The notes beneath the pieces are model-generated. The model was not told where the DNA came from. It ran no database searches and saw nothing but the letters and a program-made list of their open reading frames with translations. Position numbers and translations under genes: made by a program. This document shows positions 1 to 11,378 of a stretch of 64,000 nt of DNA, in pieces; the stretch's first letter is position 1; every line of letters starts with the position of its first letter. This DNA comes from Methanotrichaceae archaeon (GTDB taxonomy: Archaea > Halobacteriota > Methanosarcinia > Methanotrichales > Methanotrichaceae): contig CAVWPP010000036.1 in NCBI GenBank assembly GCA_963756915.1, positions 26,557 through 90,556 of the forward strand, given 5' to 3'.

Positions 1-474
1 CAGGGAAACACTGTGATGATTGACCATTATCGTAATCTTTCATTAATAAAGTTATCGCGGCACATGCCCTTAACTATTAATAATGAATATTATTAAATAT
101 GCTAATATCCTTTATGAGATTATGAGGCGGTTTTTTCCTAACTTGCCCTTAGTATGTAGATATGTTCCATTATATCAAATTGATATTTTAGCCGTAAAAC
201 GAAATCATCTTGGCAATTATTGAGTTTAGAAAATAAGGATAGTATTTGTATTCATTAATGATTTAAATTATTAATTAACGTATTTCTTTAAGTTACAATA
301 AAAAATACCTATGTTATAATTTAAAATTTGCTGTTTTAGCTTTTTATTAGCGTCTCAATGGATTTAAAATCAATAATCTCTAGCTGGATCAATGAATTCA
401 AATTCGGGACGATATTTAACAAAAATTTGGTCCTTGAAAGTCTTTTGATTAAAATGGATTTTCCCAAATTTTTT

Positions 475-1728
475 TCATAGATGACCAATAAGATAAAATG
501 GATTTGATCCTACTATGCTTATATTACACTGACATCCAAGATGAGTCGCGCCAGAAAGAACGATCCCTAAATAATTCGCAGACCTGGCTTTCATGGTATT
601 CCCCTTTCCTCGCTCAGTAACAATAGCATGCAACTTTTTTCCCACAAAACGACGATTCTTGTGGGCGGCTATCTCCAGCCAAAGACGAGTCACCCTTCTT
701 GATCTCTCTTTCTTAATGCGGTCCGGCATATCGTATAGATCGGCAGCAGTTGTGCCCGGGCGACGAGAGAACCGAGTGACATTGACTTTGTCTGGTTGAA
801 GACGCCTAATTAACATCATTGTTTCCAAGAAGTTCTCTTCGGTTTCTTCTGGAAAGCCCACAATAACGTCAGTCACTATAGTGATTTCCGGATAGGCTGA
901 TCTAAAGGCTTCCACAACCTCGAGAAAATCATCTACGCAATATCTTCTGCCCATGCCCTTCAGGATTTCATTCGAGCCCGACTGGCACGGAATATGCAGA
1001 AATCTGTAAATCTTTGGGCTTCTCAATGCATCAATAAGTTCCTCTTTGATTGCCAAAAGGCTATCCGGATTCATCATGCCCAATCGGACCATAAATTCTC
1101 CAGGGACTTTTGTCACATTTTCCAGCAACTCTGGCAATGTCGTTCCTATGTCCTTGCCATAAGCTCCAGTATCCTGGGCTGCAAGCTGTATCTCCACGAT
1201 GCCAGAATTTACTAGATTCTGCACCAAAAGAAGAATTTCTTCAGGACTGCGGCTTACCAGCTTACCTCTTGCCTTTCGGACTATGCAGTAGCTGCAGTGG
1301 CCATTACATCCTTCTGAGATATTGACGATGCCGCAAAGATGATTTCGATCAAGATTTGATACGTTTAAAGTGCAATTTAAGGAATTTGAGGAGACTGGCT
1401 TAAATAAATCGCATAGCCGATTCGCGAATATTTTTGCAGATGATCTATTCAGCAGGCCTAATCTTTCCCGACAGCGAATCTCATTCACCGATTCGGGCAG
1501 TGCTGCACTGAGACATCCTGCGATAACCAAACGTTCTCCTTCAAGATGTCGTAGCCTGCTTAAAATCCTGCGTTCGGTCTTTTGGGTTACTGCACAAGTA
1601 TTTACTATAACGAGATCAGCTTCATCAAGAGGCGATTGTATATGGCCTATCAACCTAAGTGCATCTATTGCCTCCTCTGAGTTCCCGAAATTAGAGGTGC
1701 ATCCGTACGTTTCAATGTAGAATTTCAT
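475..1728 (-). CDS. MiaB-like tRNA methylthiotransferase (archaeal t6A37 MtaB type)
   Basis: N-terminal ETYGC...NTCAV UPF0004 domain, radical SAM CNGHCSYC, C-terminal TRAM-like region. Confidence 0.9.
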   Translation of the reverse strand: MKFYIETYGCTSNFGNSEEAIDALRLIGHIQSPLDEADLVIVNTCAVTQKTERRILSRLRHLEGERLVIAGCLSAALPESVNEIRCRERLGLLNRSSAKIFANRLCDLFKPVSSNSLNCTLNVSNLDRNHLCGIVNISEGCNGHCSYCIVRKARGKLVSRSPEEILLLVQNLVNSGIVEIQLAAQDTGAYGKDIGTTLPELLENVTKVPGEFMVRLGMMNPDSLLAIKEELIDALRSPKIYRFLHIPCQSGSNEILKGMGRRYCVDDFLEVVEAFRSAYPEITIVTDVIVGFPEETEENFLETMMLIRRLQPDKVNVTRFSRRPGTTAADLYDMPDRIKKERSRRVTRLWLEIAAHKNRRFVGKKLHAIVTERGKGNTMKARSANYLGIVLSGATHLGCQCNISIVGSNPFYLIGHL

Positions 1729-1752
1729 TAATATTTTCTTTTGCTCATTATT

Positions 1753-2829
1753 TTAGTTTTCGCTAGTCAATCCTTTTGCATTCCTATTGTGTTCCATTTC
1801 CTCACTTCTCACTTGATAAATTCCTACAATCATACCCATTATTGCCGGAGCTAAGAAGAATCCGCCAATGCCTGCTACGAGAGCACCACCCAGAAAGGAG
1901 AGCATTACAAGCAATGGATGCAAAGAGGATTTAGTAGATACAAGGTAAGGTCTAATGAGCAGTTCTGATGGTAGATAGATCAGAGCGGAAGCTAAGCCTA
2001 AAAAGGCCATTGCATCTGCGGTTCCAGATATTATATACTTATATATTGTGGCAGGGACGATCACTACCCAAGAAGTGAGAAATGGCACCATACCGGCAAC
2101 AAAGACGATACTTGATAAAGCAAAAGGCCTCGGGAGATCAAACGCATAGAATATGAACGCCGCTATGATACTACCGATTATAGATGTATAAATTGTACCA
2201 ACGAATATTCCGCTAAGTGTTCGGTCGATATGCACTAAATACTTCTTATACTCTTCCATTTCGTTCGCGGGAAGAAGGCCGATTATTGAGGCAACAAAAT
2301 TCTCTCCATCCACCAGCACAAAATAACAGACGGGAATGGAGATGATGAAGTTGATTATTCCTAAAGATACTGTTCTTCCTATTTGAAAAACTGGAATCGA
2401 TGCAGCAATTGGTGCGATTAAGGCTGCTGCATTTTCAAGCCCGCTGATCAAAGCATCTTTCAAAGTCAAAGGGAGGTCCGAAGACATTTTTTGCAGAGTC
2501 GTTCCAAGGGCGATTCTCAAAGCCTCTTGATTGTGTGCCAAAGCAATGATTTGGTTGGCTACTTCGAGCATTCCTAAGCCCAGGACAAGGAATATAGGGA
2601 TAATTATGGAGATTGTAGCCAGAAAGGAACCCACGCGCCTTCTATGTCCGAATTTGTCCCTGATTGGCCTGGCCACATAAGCAAAAACCGTTCCAAGTAT
2701 GACACCATCCAGGAATGGAATGAGAAAATAAATGACCATGAGCAAAGCAGTCAGGGATATGATCAGCATTCCCCTGTGCTTGGAGCACCATCCCCCTAGG
2801 TCGGAGTGCAAGGATCGCATCTTTATCAA
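1753..2829 (-). CDS. AI-2E/PerM family transporter
   Basis: 358-aa multi-TM protein with LHPLLVMLSFLGG..GIGGFFLAP C-terminal signature. Confidence 0.85.
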   Translation of the reverse strand: MIKMRSLHSDLGGWCSKHRGMLIISLTALLMVIYFLIPFLDGVILGTVFAYVARPIRDKFGHRRRVGSFLATISIIIPIFLVLGLGMLEVANQIIALAHNQEALRIALGTTLQKMSSDLPLTLKDALISGLENAAALIAPIAASIPVFQIGRTVSLGIINFIISIPVCYFVLVDGENFVASIIGLLPANEMEEYKKYLVHIDRTLSGIFVGTIYTSIIGSIIAAFIFYAFDLPRPFALSSIVFVAGMVPFLTSWVVIVPATIYKYIISGTADAMAFLGLASALIYLPSELLIRPYLVSTKSSLHPLLVMLSFLGGALVAGIGGFFLAPAIMGMIVGIYQVRSEEMEHNRNAKGLTSEN

Positions 2830-2970
2830 TTTTGGTTTCTTTGATAGATATGAGTAACGCTATGGCATGGATAAAATCCAATTAGTTGAATTTAGGTCCT
2901 AGCAATCTTTTTCAGGTCTTAAATGATTTAATTTAATATTATGCATTTCTAATACAAAAAATCGACCTGA

Positions 2971-2992
2971 TGATAAGCTTTACATATTTTGC
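2971..2992 (+). promoter_or_regulatory. Motif upstream of PstS copy 1, shared with PstS copy 3
   Basis: TGATAAGCTTTACATATTTTGC matches TGACAAACTTTACATATCTTGC (55543-55564, minus) at 19/22. Confidence 0.55.
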
Positions 2993-3007
2993 CTATTCTC
3001 CTCTAAT

Positions 3008-3838
3008 ATGGTGGGGTTTATTAAAAAAATAATAACGATCTTGCTGATCGTTCTAATTGCTTTATCCGTTATGTTCTTCCAAGTATCGGCTAAAGATGTT
3101 ACAATTTCCGGATCCTCAACCGTTATGCCATTGGCGGAAGCCGAGGCGGAGGTATTCAATGTCCTGCAGCATGATTACGTGGTGACAGTGACGGCAGGGG
3201 GTACAGGCGCTGGAATTACTAACATTGCGGAACGCAAGTGTGACATTGCTATGGCTTCTCGAGGCCTGACAGATGCTGAATTAAAAAGATATGGTAATAG
3301 CTTCCATGAGTACAAAGTCGGCCTGGACGGTATCAGTTTTGCTGTAAGCGATAAGATTTATAAGGCCGGGATATTGGGGCTAACTAAGGAGCAGATTCGC
3401 AAGATCTATCTTGGGAATATTACCAACTGGAAAGAAGTTGGCGGTCCAGATGAGGATATCTATGTAATCTCTCGGGAAGAAGGCTCCGGAACCAAGGATT
3501 TATTCAATGAAGAGATAATTGGGAACAAAGAAGCTGAGACTCTAGGTGTGGACACTGTAGCTAGTGGAGGAGCCGAGGTCAAGACCGCGATATCGGGAAG
3601 TGATAAGGCAATCGGCTACTTGGGATTCAACTATTTAGGTGGCGGTGTTCAGGCCATAGCATTAGATGGAATTATTCCGAGCTACGATAATATAAAATTG
3701 GGCCTGTATGAGCTTTGTCGTCCTCTATATTTCTACACATTTGGCGAGCCAAATAATGGATCAATGGCGTTCATAGAATTTGTGCAAGGAAAAAAAGGCC
3801 AAAAGATTGCGGCCGATGAAGGGTTTATTCCGATGTGA
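3008..3838 (+). CDS. pstS: PstS-family phosphate-binding protein (copy 1)
   Basis: Signal peptide, GSSTV, DIAMASR, SREEGSGT, AIGY, RPLYFYT motifs. Confidence 0.88.
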   Translation: MVGFIKKIITILLIVLIALSVMFFQVSAKDVTISGSSTVMPLAEAEAEVFNVLQHDYVVTVTAGGTGAGITNIAERKCDIAMASRGLTDAELKRYGNSFHEYKVGLDGISFAVSDKIYKAGILGLTKEQIRKIYLGNITNWKEVGGPDEDIYVISREEGSGTKDLFNEEIIGNKEAETLGVDTVASGGAEVKTAISGSDKAIGYLGFNYLGGGVQAIALDGIIPSYDNIKLGLYELCRPLYFYTFGEPNNGSMAFIEFVQGKKGQKIAADEGFIPM

Positions 3839-4363
3839 TCCCAGGATTGGTGGCCCTATCGATGGATGCCAGTCTCGCTACAGCATTGAAAAATGAGGTG
3901 CCTTTTCGTGTCAAGAGCAGATGCAGGCCATGCTCAACCCCTAGGGACGCTGCCCACCACGATGATGAGCTAGCGTGGGGGATATCTTGCATGGAGGGGG
4001 CGGGCTTTGGCGAGAATGATGGGAACAGCATAATCAGTAACTGCGAATGTGATTACCTATTAACTGCCAAATATTCTTTGATCGCTTTCAATATTTTTTC
4101 AGTACTTTCCGCGAGTCGGCCTGCGGGCATCGGGGCACGGGCGTCGCTCAAGGCAGCGACCGGCCAAGATTCGTCGAAAGTATTTTGTTACAATGGAGTT
4201 GCGCTGTTCTGGCATGCACTCCGTCTTCTATAGCTGGCTAAGCTCCCAAAGTCGAGGTGAAGCCTAAAATGTGTCATGCAGCAGTGCAATTTTCCTCGTA
4301 AACTGCCAGTATGGCAGCATTCTTTGCTGAACCGGGGCCAGTCTATAGAGACACCAAGGATGG

Positions 4364-4649
4364 TCAATAAACATCGTCGTGAGTGCCAACAGCCTCAAGA
4401 AATATTAGCTCTTCTCCAGTCTCCAAATCCTTCATGAATTCGAAGACAATACGGTATTCGAAGTCTACCGTGCAAGCCCAGGAGCCAGCAAGACTCGCCT
4501 TTAGCTTATGCGTATGCAAAGATGGATGAAACGAATCCTTGTTCGAGCTGCATTAACACCTGCTCTATCTTCGATAACAGATCCTGCTTTCGGCGCACAG
4601 AACGCTTAAATGATCTCTTGAAACCTGGGCTCCAGATAAGAGTGTTCAA
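4364..4649 (-). pseudogene. RelE/YafQ-like type II toxin with one frameshift (~4540)
   Basis: Hand translation: MNTLIWSPGFKRSFKR...LEQ / DSFHPSLHTHKLKASLAGSWACTVDFEYRIVFEF...EAVGTHDDVY*. The TTG start overlaps the upstream stop. Confidence 0.8.
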
Positions 4650-4870
4650 TCTTTCAAATCCTTCATCAGGTCCAACGCCGTGCCTCGCCTGACTTTTCCA
4701 TTCTCAAATGCTTTTCTTGCCTCTTGGACCTCCGTCACAAGCTCAGATCGTCGCTTTTCGATAATGCGTTTATTTATGAATTCCACCAGCATGGATTGAT
4801 CATCCAGAGGCAAAGACTCAACGGCATCGATCGGATCCTGAAAGCTAAAGGACTGCGTTGCACCGCTCAT
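4646..4870 (-). CDS. Probable antitoxin
   Basis: 74-aa helical acidic protein directly upstream of, and overlapping, the toxin gene. Confidence 0.75.
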   Translation of the reverse strand: MSGATQSFSFQDPIDAVESLPLDDQSMLVEFINKRIIEKRRSELVTEVQEARKAFENGKVRRGTALDLMKDLKD

Positions 4871-5519
4871 TTTTTTGTCCTCCTATTGATCTGTTTATTA
4901 TTTATTGCATTTAACCTTTAAGTAATTCTCTGCATGACAGAATCACCATCATCATCCCCAACAAAATTCCTTCATCCCAAAGTCGCTTGCGTATCCCATC
5001 GCTACCGGCCCCGCACCGGCTCCGGGAACTCAATCCGGAATCCAGAGCCTACCCCATTAGCAGCTCGTCTCCTATCACTATTTAGCCCTACAAAGAAAGC
5101 TGCTCCATAAAACCTCCCGCTCGCTCGCGTGCGCTTGAGGTGGCGCGAGGGCAAGAAGGGCGTGCGGGAAGTCCAGGTGCGAGATGGACAAGCAGTATGC
5201 TCTTATTTCTCTTGAATGGTTTTGCACCCATAATTCCAGGGATTCGATCTTCATTAGGCAGCAAATTCCCGGGTTCAGGCAATAATCATCCTCAAATATG
5301 CAAGGAAGCCGGCAATACAAATTTGTTTATTAAAAATGTCTGCCTGCAATATAAGAATCATCTAATTTTGATCTCACTAACTCTGCATCTTGCGGCTAGG
5401 TGCGCCGCTTCTTTTTAGCTATTTCTCAACCCAAAATGCAGTCTTTCCTATCCCTTAGCGACAAAACCGTAAAGGAGGCTTTCCTCACATTAACCTTACA
5501 TAATAGCAATGCTAAATCA

Positions 5520-6362
5520 ATGGTTTTGATGAGACTCAAAAGTGAGCTATTGATCTTATTGCTTGCCATTATCTTTGCAGCATCGTCTGGTGAATCAAAA
5601 GAGTCAGAGATTACAGTATCTGGATCCAGCACGGTTATGCCATTAGCGGCATTGGCTGCAGAAGAGTTCAACATGCTGCAGGATAAGTACCATGTAAGCG
5701 TGACTTCAGGCGGCTCGGGTGTCGGCATCGTAGACGTAGCAGAAGGCAGATCAGATCTTGCCATGGCTTCTCGAGAGGTTCAACTGGCAGAAAGGCAGAG
5801 GTACGAGACGCCTTCAGTTAGGTTTATGGAATTTCTAGTAGGCTATGATGCCATATGCTTAATCGTAAGCCCTGAAGTATTTGATTCTGACCTGACCACT
5901 CTCACAAAGGACGAATTAAAGCAAATATATGTAGGAGATATCACCAACTGGGCGGAATTGGGCGGACCTGGTATGGATATATTTGTTATAGGCAGGAAAC
6001 CGGGGTCAGGAACTAGAGATACCTTTAATGAAATAATCCTGGGAAGCAAAGAATCCGAAACTCCAGGAGTGACAATCGATGCATGGGATAGCTCCGAGGT
6101 CAAGACTGCCATTCGCGGTAGCGACAGCGCCATTGGCTATGTAGGATACAGCTATGTGATGAAGGGCGATATCGATGTACTCTCACTGGATTGCATCCAG
6201 CCGACTCTAGAAAATATAAAGAATGGATCCTATCCACTCGCTCGAAAACTATACTTTTATACGCTAGGAGAACCCAATCCAGGGGCTAGATCCTTCTTAG
6301 ATTACGTCCTCAGCCCTGCCGGCCAAAAAATAGCTTCGGAAAATGGGTTCATACCTATTTAG
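5520..6362 (+). CDS. pstS: PstS-family phosphate-binding protein (copy 2)
   Basis: GSSTV, DLAMASR, GRKPGSGTRDTF, YPLARKLYFYT. Start moved to the ATG before the signal peptide. Confidence 0.87.
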   Translation: MVLMRLKSELLILLLAIIFAASSGESKESEITVSGSSTVMPLAALAAEEFNMLQDKYHVSVTSGGSGVGIVDVAEGRSDLAMASREVQLAERQRYETPSVRFMEFLVGYDAICLIVSPEVFDSDLTTLTKDELKQIYVGDITNWAELGGPGMDIFVIGRKPGSGTRDTFNEIILGSKESETPGVTIDAWDSSEVKTAIRGSDSAIGYVGYSYVMKGDIDVLSLDCIQPTLENIKNGSYPLARKLYFYTLGEPNPGARSFLDYVLSPAGQKIASENGFIPI

Positions 6363-6484
6363 AAAATCCTGTTGCGGGTTAAAATCGCAGTTTTAACTTT
6401 TTTGTATTATTATAATTTGTTTTGATCGATTCTTTTCTATATTTTTTGAAAAAAAGTAGATTAGCCAAAAATTAAATTTGTGGT

Positions 6485-7660
6485 TCAGGCTTTTAACCTC
6501 TTCTTTAGCCGTGCCTGAAATCCATGATATTTCGCAAAGCCTTCTGCATCCTTTTGGCTTAATGTCTGCGAATCGAAGGATACCATATCTTGTGCATATA
6601 GGGCGTTTGGCGACTTGCGTCCAACTGGAATAGCATTTCCAGAGAATAATCTTATCTTTACAAAGCCATTGACTCTCTCTTGAGATTTATCCAGAAAAGC
6701 ATTTAGGTCATCAAAGAGAGGATCTTCCACTAGACCCATATACGCCAGCTCCGACCAAGCCTCGTCCACCATCGCCTTGAAACGAAGCTCAGCTCGCGAG
6801 AGGACCAGACGTTCCAGATCTTTGTGCGCAGTAAGGAGTATTGAGGCTGCAGGATGCTCATAATTCTCCCTTGCCTTCAGGCCGAGGACTCTATCCTCTA
6901 CCATATCAGTTCTGCCTACGCCATGCTCTCCGCCTATTTGGTTAAGTTTAATGATCAGGTCTAGTCCATCCAATTCAGTTCCATCTAATGAGACTGGGGC
7001 ACCCTTCTTAAATCCGATTTCCACAACCTGGGCGGGTTTGTTTAAGCCAGGTGATTTAGTCCATTCATAAATCTCTTCTGGAGGTTCAAAATATGGGTCC
7101 TCTAATTTTCCGCCTTCAATTGATCTGGACCAGATGTTTTCGTCAATAGACCACGGCTTATCTTTAGAAACGGACACAACGATGCCATGCTCTCGCGCAT
7201 AATCTATCTCCCACTCTCGGGCAAGATCAAGCTCTCTCATCGGTGCTATGACCCTGCAGTCAGTAGCCCGGAAGATGGCCTCAAAACGGAGCTGATCGTT
7301 GCCCCTCCCCGTACATCCGTGCGCGAGATTCTTTATTCCCAATTTCTCTGCTATTTCTGCCGCCTTTCTGGCAATTAGAGGCCGAGCTATTGCTGTTCCC
7401 AACACGTATCCCTCATAAGAGCCATTTGCTTTAATGAGCGGGAAAAGGAATTTTTCAACAAATTCCTTTTTAGCGTCAATGACGTAATGTTCGTTTGCCA
7501 GTTGTTTTGCCCTGAGGTTTCCTCGCTCAATATCCGACCTTGGCTGGCCGACGTCAACGAGAACTGTAACGACTTTATCAAATCCATAGCGCTCTCGGAG
7601 GAGCGGTATACATACCGATGTATCAAGGCCTCCTGAATATGCCAGTACGACTTCAGACAA
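6485..7660 (-). CDS. argG: Argininosuccinate synthase
   Basis: [37 protein letters not shown]. Confidence 0.97.
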   Translation of the reverse strand: MSEVVLAYSGGLDTSVCIPLLRERYGFDKVVTVLVDVGQPRSDIERGNLRAKQLANEHYVIDAKKEFVEKFLFPLIKANGSYEGYVLGTAIARPLIARKAAEIAEKLGIKNLAHGCTGRGNDQLRFEAIFRATDCRVIAPMRELDLAREWEIDYAREHGIVVSVSKDKPWSIDENIWSRSIEGGKLEDPYFEPPEEIYEWTKSPGLNKPAQVVEIGFKKGAPVSLDGTELDGLDLIIKLNQIGGEHGVGRTDMVEDRVLGLKARENYEHPAASILLTAHKDLERLVLSRAELRFKAMVDEAWSELAYMGLVEDPLFDDLNAFLDKSQERVNGFVKIRLFSGNAIPVGRKSPNALYAQDMVSFDSQTLSQKDAEGFAKYHGFQARLKKRLKA

Positions 7661-7755
7661 TAAGTTTCACCGGTTTCGTACAAGAGAGCTGATAAATTTA
7701 ACCTTATCTCTTCATTGGGCGATAACTCTAATAACTGCTCCGAAAAAAAGAAGGT

Positions 7756-8855
7756 TTGATGACGCTTCTATTCAAGACAGCCGCCCTTAGCGTGGACTTC
7801 GACCGAGAGAATCGAGCTCTGCAGGCTCAAGGCGCCCTTGCCTTGATGCTTCAACCTGTTTTGAAGATGATTAATCAGAGGCTGTCTGAGGAAAAACCGG
7901 CCCAAGTTCGCTTGAAGGATATCGTTCTTAGCACCTGGCTGCCGCCCATTCCAAGTGGACCTTTTAAGAGATTGATTCTCAATGAAGCACGCACTGCAAT
8001 CGGTCGGCCTGTGCCTCAGACGCTTTCCATCGAGGTCACGAGGCGCTGCGGGGCAAAATGTGACCATTGCCTGATAAAAGAGGGCGACGGAGAGCTGAGC
8101 CACGAGGAGATTCTTCGCGTAATGGATGAAGCCCTGGAAATGGGCACATGCATTATTACTTTTACGGAAGGAGATCCACTTTTACGAGAGGATATCTTTG
8201 AATTAATCAAACATGTTGATCCTGAGAAGGCAGTTGTAAATCTTTTCACACCGGGCCTGGAAATGACTGTGGAAAAGGCAGTAAAGCTTAGAGAATCAGG
8301 GCTCTATAATTTGATCGTTGGAATTTATAGTACCAATCCTCAGGAGCACGACAAAGTGAGAGGAGTAGAAGGTGCTCATGCAAAAGCAGTTGAAGCTATC
8401 CAGATGGCACTTGATACAGGTTTAATTGTAACTATGTCCTGCCACGTGAAATCCGGGCAAGTGGATCAGATCCTTGATCTCTATGAATTCGCTAAGGAAT
8501 TAGGTGTGCAAGAGTTGTCCATCTGGGAGGGCATTCCAAATACTCCACAAGAGCGTCTCACTCAGATCGAGAGAGGGAAAGGATTGTTGACATTTACAGA
8601 AAGATCAACCAAAACCCTGAAGGTCCGCGTCTTTTTGCCAATACTTACTTCGAGGGCCAAATGCTGGGATGTATGGCTGGAAGAAGATGGCTGCATGTAG
8701 GTGTAGACGGTAGTATCAGAGCTTGCCCATACTTAAAAGAAAGTTATGCCAACATCCGGGATAAATCTTTAAAAGATATCTGGAAAGCTCTTCGAAGATC
8801 AGGGAAGTATGATGGCTTTGTCTCTAGCTGTCCGGCCCAAGATGTATTTGGCTAG
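7756..8855 (+). CDS. Radical SAM protein with SPASM/twitch C-terminus; frameshift ~8578
   Basis: CGAKCDHC motif. The downstream frame continues GCMAGRRWLHV..ACPY...CPAQ. Confidence 0.75.
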
Positions 8856-9044
8856 AGGCTATTTTCTTCATTTGCGAAAATGGCTTTATTGCAGGAACCT
8901 TTTAATACCCATGAGGGTTTTATGTTTGGATCATTCTGATTCTTTATGGAGTTTTGAGAGCCTAGCGAATGAGGCTACTAATTTTCTTTGGCTAAAATAT
9001 CGAATTTATAATGGATATTTAAAATGTTTTTTCTTTTTTTTCAA

Positions 9045-9136
9045 GGAGGATTCCTATAAACCTGCCGAATCCTGTCGGAGCTTTATATACCATTTATAAA
9101 GACCTGGCCAAAATTAGAGGTTATTAGGAATCCTCC
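9045..9136. promoter_or_regulatory. 19-bp imperfect inverted repeat around a TATA-like sequence upstream of oapA
   Basis: GGAGGATTCCTATAAACCT (9045-9063) vs AGGTTATTAGGAATCCTCC (9118-9136), 17/19 complementary. Internal CTTTATATAC. Confidence 0.5.
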
Positions 9137-9280
9137 AAGAAACAGATATATAGTTTAAAATTTATTAATAGAATTCACCAGGGAAGAATATGCCTTCTAA
9201 CATCGATAAGACTTATACCAGAAAAAAAGTCATGGAAAATTATTAGTACGGATATGAGCGTTACCAGATAGAGGTAGGAT

Positions 9281-9918
9281 ATGGGTTTACTCAGAAGCTT
9301 CAGAGAGAACTTTGGGGCTTGGATAAATAGGATATTCAAGAAAAAAGGGCAAAGATTGGACTTTACGGCCCACCTAATGCGGGAAAGACAACTTTGGCCA
9401 ATAGAATTGTGCAAGACTGGAGCAAGAGTGAATACTTAGGAAAAATCTCTCCCATCCCCCATGAAACTCGTAGGGCTATGAGGATGGAAGGAGTGATGAT
9501 AGAAGCCAATGGCTCCAGCATTGAATTGGATATCGTTGATACGCCAGGCATGGCGACGAAGATTGATTTTAAAGAGTTCATGGCTTTTGGGCTAACGGAA
9601 TCTGAGTCCAAAAAGAGGGCGAAAGAGGCCACAGAAGGTGTCATTGAGGCCATAAAATGGCTTGACGATCTGGATGGTGTGCTATTGGTAATGGACTCAT
9701 CTGAAGACCCATACACTCAGGTTAATGTTACAGTAATAGGCAATATGGAGGCAAGGAAATTGCCGCTTTTGATTGTGGCTAATAAAATGGATCTTCCTAA
9801 TGCCTCGCCGGCAAAAATTAAATCTGCCTTCCCTCAGCATGCTGTGGTGCAAATCTCTGCTCTGGAAGGATCTAATATAGATGACCTTTATCAGGCAATA
9901 GCGACTCAATTCGGGTGA
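9281..9918 (+). CDS. oapA: Era-like GTPase OapA; frameshift ~9345
   Basis: [16 protein letters not shown] joins [14 protein letters not shown] (G1). DTPG (G3) and NKMD (G4) present. Followed by DUF2073 and a Zn-ribbon gene. Confidence 0.85.
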
Positions 9919-10283
9919 TCTTGATGAGAGAAGTTCAGATGGACCTCATCTCCGGGGAGAAGCTGGAGAATATGACCTCAATGGAGAAGATTAGACTCAT
10001 CTTGGACAAAGTAAAGACAGGAAGGATTGTGGTTCTAGAGAGCGGTCTGTCTCCCGATGAGGAAGTGCGTCTCATTGAGATGACGATGACAGAAATCAGA
10101 GTTGATGAATTTTCTGGGATCGAGATAGAAAGCTATCCTTCGAAGAGGGAAGGATCGTTCTTAGATAGAATCTTTGGAAGAACTCTCAAGGGCAGGATGA
10201 CCGTCATTGGCCCCGCAAATCAGATCAGGACCATTGAAAAGGATCAATACCAGATCATCACGAAAGTTTCTGTGGGTGATTAA
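9915..10283 (+). CDS. oapB: DUF2073 family protein OapB
   Basis: [36 protein letters not shown]; synteny with oapA and oapC. Confidence 0.85.
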   Translation: MILMREVQMDLISGEKLENMTSMEKIRLILDKVKTGRIVVLESGLSPDEEVRLIEMTMTEIRVDEFSGIEIESYPSKREGSFLDRIFGRTLKGRMTVIGPANQIRTIEKDQYQIITKVSVGD

Positions 10284-10748
10284 ATGCCTCATACCTGTAC
10301 CCGTTGTAATAGCGTCTTTGGTTCAGGAGAGGATATCTTGAAGGGCTGCCCGGTCTGCGGATGGAAGAAGTTTATGTTTGTGCGCGCACGACCAGGGGAA
10401 GTAAAAGAGGAGAAAGAGCAACAGGATCAAATCATAACAGAGGCCATGGGCGTCCGAGTTCCGCCCAGGAGAGCACCAAAAAAAGATACGGGCATATTGG
10501 TGGCGCCATCAAAGACGCATCCTCCATCATCTAGCCTGATTCAAGAATCTGTTCCGTGGGAGGCTCCTCAAGTAGAAAAAAGTGGGGCCGAAGAAACGAC
10601 TCTAGAAAGCATTAAAATAACTGCACCGGGCACTTACGAGCTGAACTTGCCGTCACTCTTTGAAAGAGATGAGCTAATTATGGCAGTGAAAGAGGGAACC
10701 TATTTTATAGATCTCTCATCAGCCTTCAGAAAAGGCAAGAAGGATTGA
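10284..10748 (+). CDS. oapC: Zn-ribbon protein OapC (DUF2072)
   Basis: MPHTCTRC...GCPVCGWKKF, ESIKITAPGTYELNL. Confidence 0.85.
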   Translation: MPHTCTRCNSVFGSGEDILKGCPVCGWKKFMFVRARPGEVKEEKEQQDQIITEAMGVRVPPRRAPKKDTGILVAPSKTHPPSSSLIQESVPWEAPQVEKSGAEETTLESIKITAPGTYELNLPSLFERDELIMAVKEGTYFIDLSSAFRKGKKD

Positions 10749-10755
10749 AAGAGCA

Positions 10756-10908
10756 TCAATCCTTTACCAATCTTATCACTATCTCTTTCCAATCTTGGCT
10801 TACGCCCCGTAGGGATCCGGCCATGGCTTGAGCAGCATTGCCTATGATCTCCTGCGGGAATGCACTCAATGGAATCGCCTTGCCGTCAACTTTTAGCTCG
10901 ACTTGCAT
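10756..10908 (-). CDS. 50-aa small protein resembling the C-terminal domain of archaeal MobB-type proteins
   Basis: Hand translation MQVELKVDGKAIPLSAFPQEIIGNAAQAMAGSLRGVSQDWKEIVIRLVKD*. AGGT precedes the ATG. Below the ORF-track cutoff. Confidence 0.7.
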   Translation of the reverse strand: MQVELKVDGKAIPLSAFPQEIIGNAAQAMAGSLRGVSQDWKEIVIRLVKD

Positions 10909-10973
10909 TTTTGCTACCTTCGATCTTAGGACCAAATATATTGGGTCGAATTTTTATCGTGCTTCAATAGCAT

Positions 10974-11378
10974 TTAAGCTCCGCCAAATATGGCTATGGG
11001 CGGCGTATAGACTGAGGCACTGGCGGAAATGGCCAATGGCAGGGTAAAGACTGTGCCAGCTTTGGTTGTTAAATTAGTGTTCTTAACGCTGAACATAGGT
11101 GTTACTGTAATTGGATTGGGACCCTTAATAAGGATCGCACTTTCAGTTGATTCTGCTTTTTTTCCGAGAGTGCTTAGATCCAATACTTTTTTCTCGTTGC
11201 CTGCTGGAGAAGTCGGCGCTTCTGTTGGCATATTTGATGAGACCTGAGGCAATGCAACCGGTTCTAGGTTTGGTTTCTTGTCAAGAGTGCTCAAATCCAA
11301 AGCATCTTCGGCGTTGGCCGTAGCCAAAACGCCCGCTAGGAGAACGGAAACAACAAAGACGGCAAAAATTAACTTCAT
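10974..11378 (-). CDS. Secreted hypothetical protein
   Basis: Signal peptide, GGAGGT SD, repeated LDLSTL(D/G)KK motif. Confidence 0.75.
   Translation of the reverse strand: MKLIFAVFVVSVLLAGVLATANAEDALDLSTLDKKPNLEPVALPQVSSNMPTEAPTSPAGNEKKVLDLSTLGKKAESTESAILIKGPNPITVTPMFSVKNTNLTTKAGTVFTLPLAISASASVYTPPIAIFGGA

Noticed and set aside
1-470. AT-rich stretch as a replication origin (also 11380-12010)
   Set aside because: No ORB-like repeats recognised and no cdc6 in view
3835-4233. 132-aa ORF after pstS, and short ORFs at 5078-5418
   Set aside because: No motifs and atypical composition; they lie in GC-rich non-coding debris
4242-4258. 16/17 match GCTYCCAAAGTCGAGGT with 53662-53678
   Set aside because: Too short, with no extended flanking similarity; cannot support an element boundary
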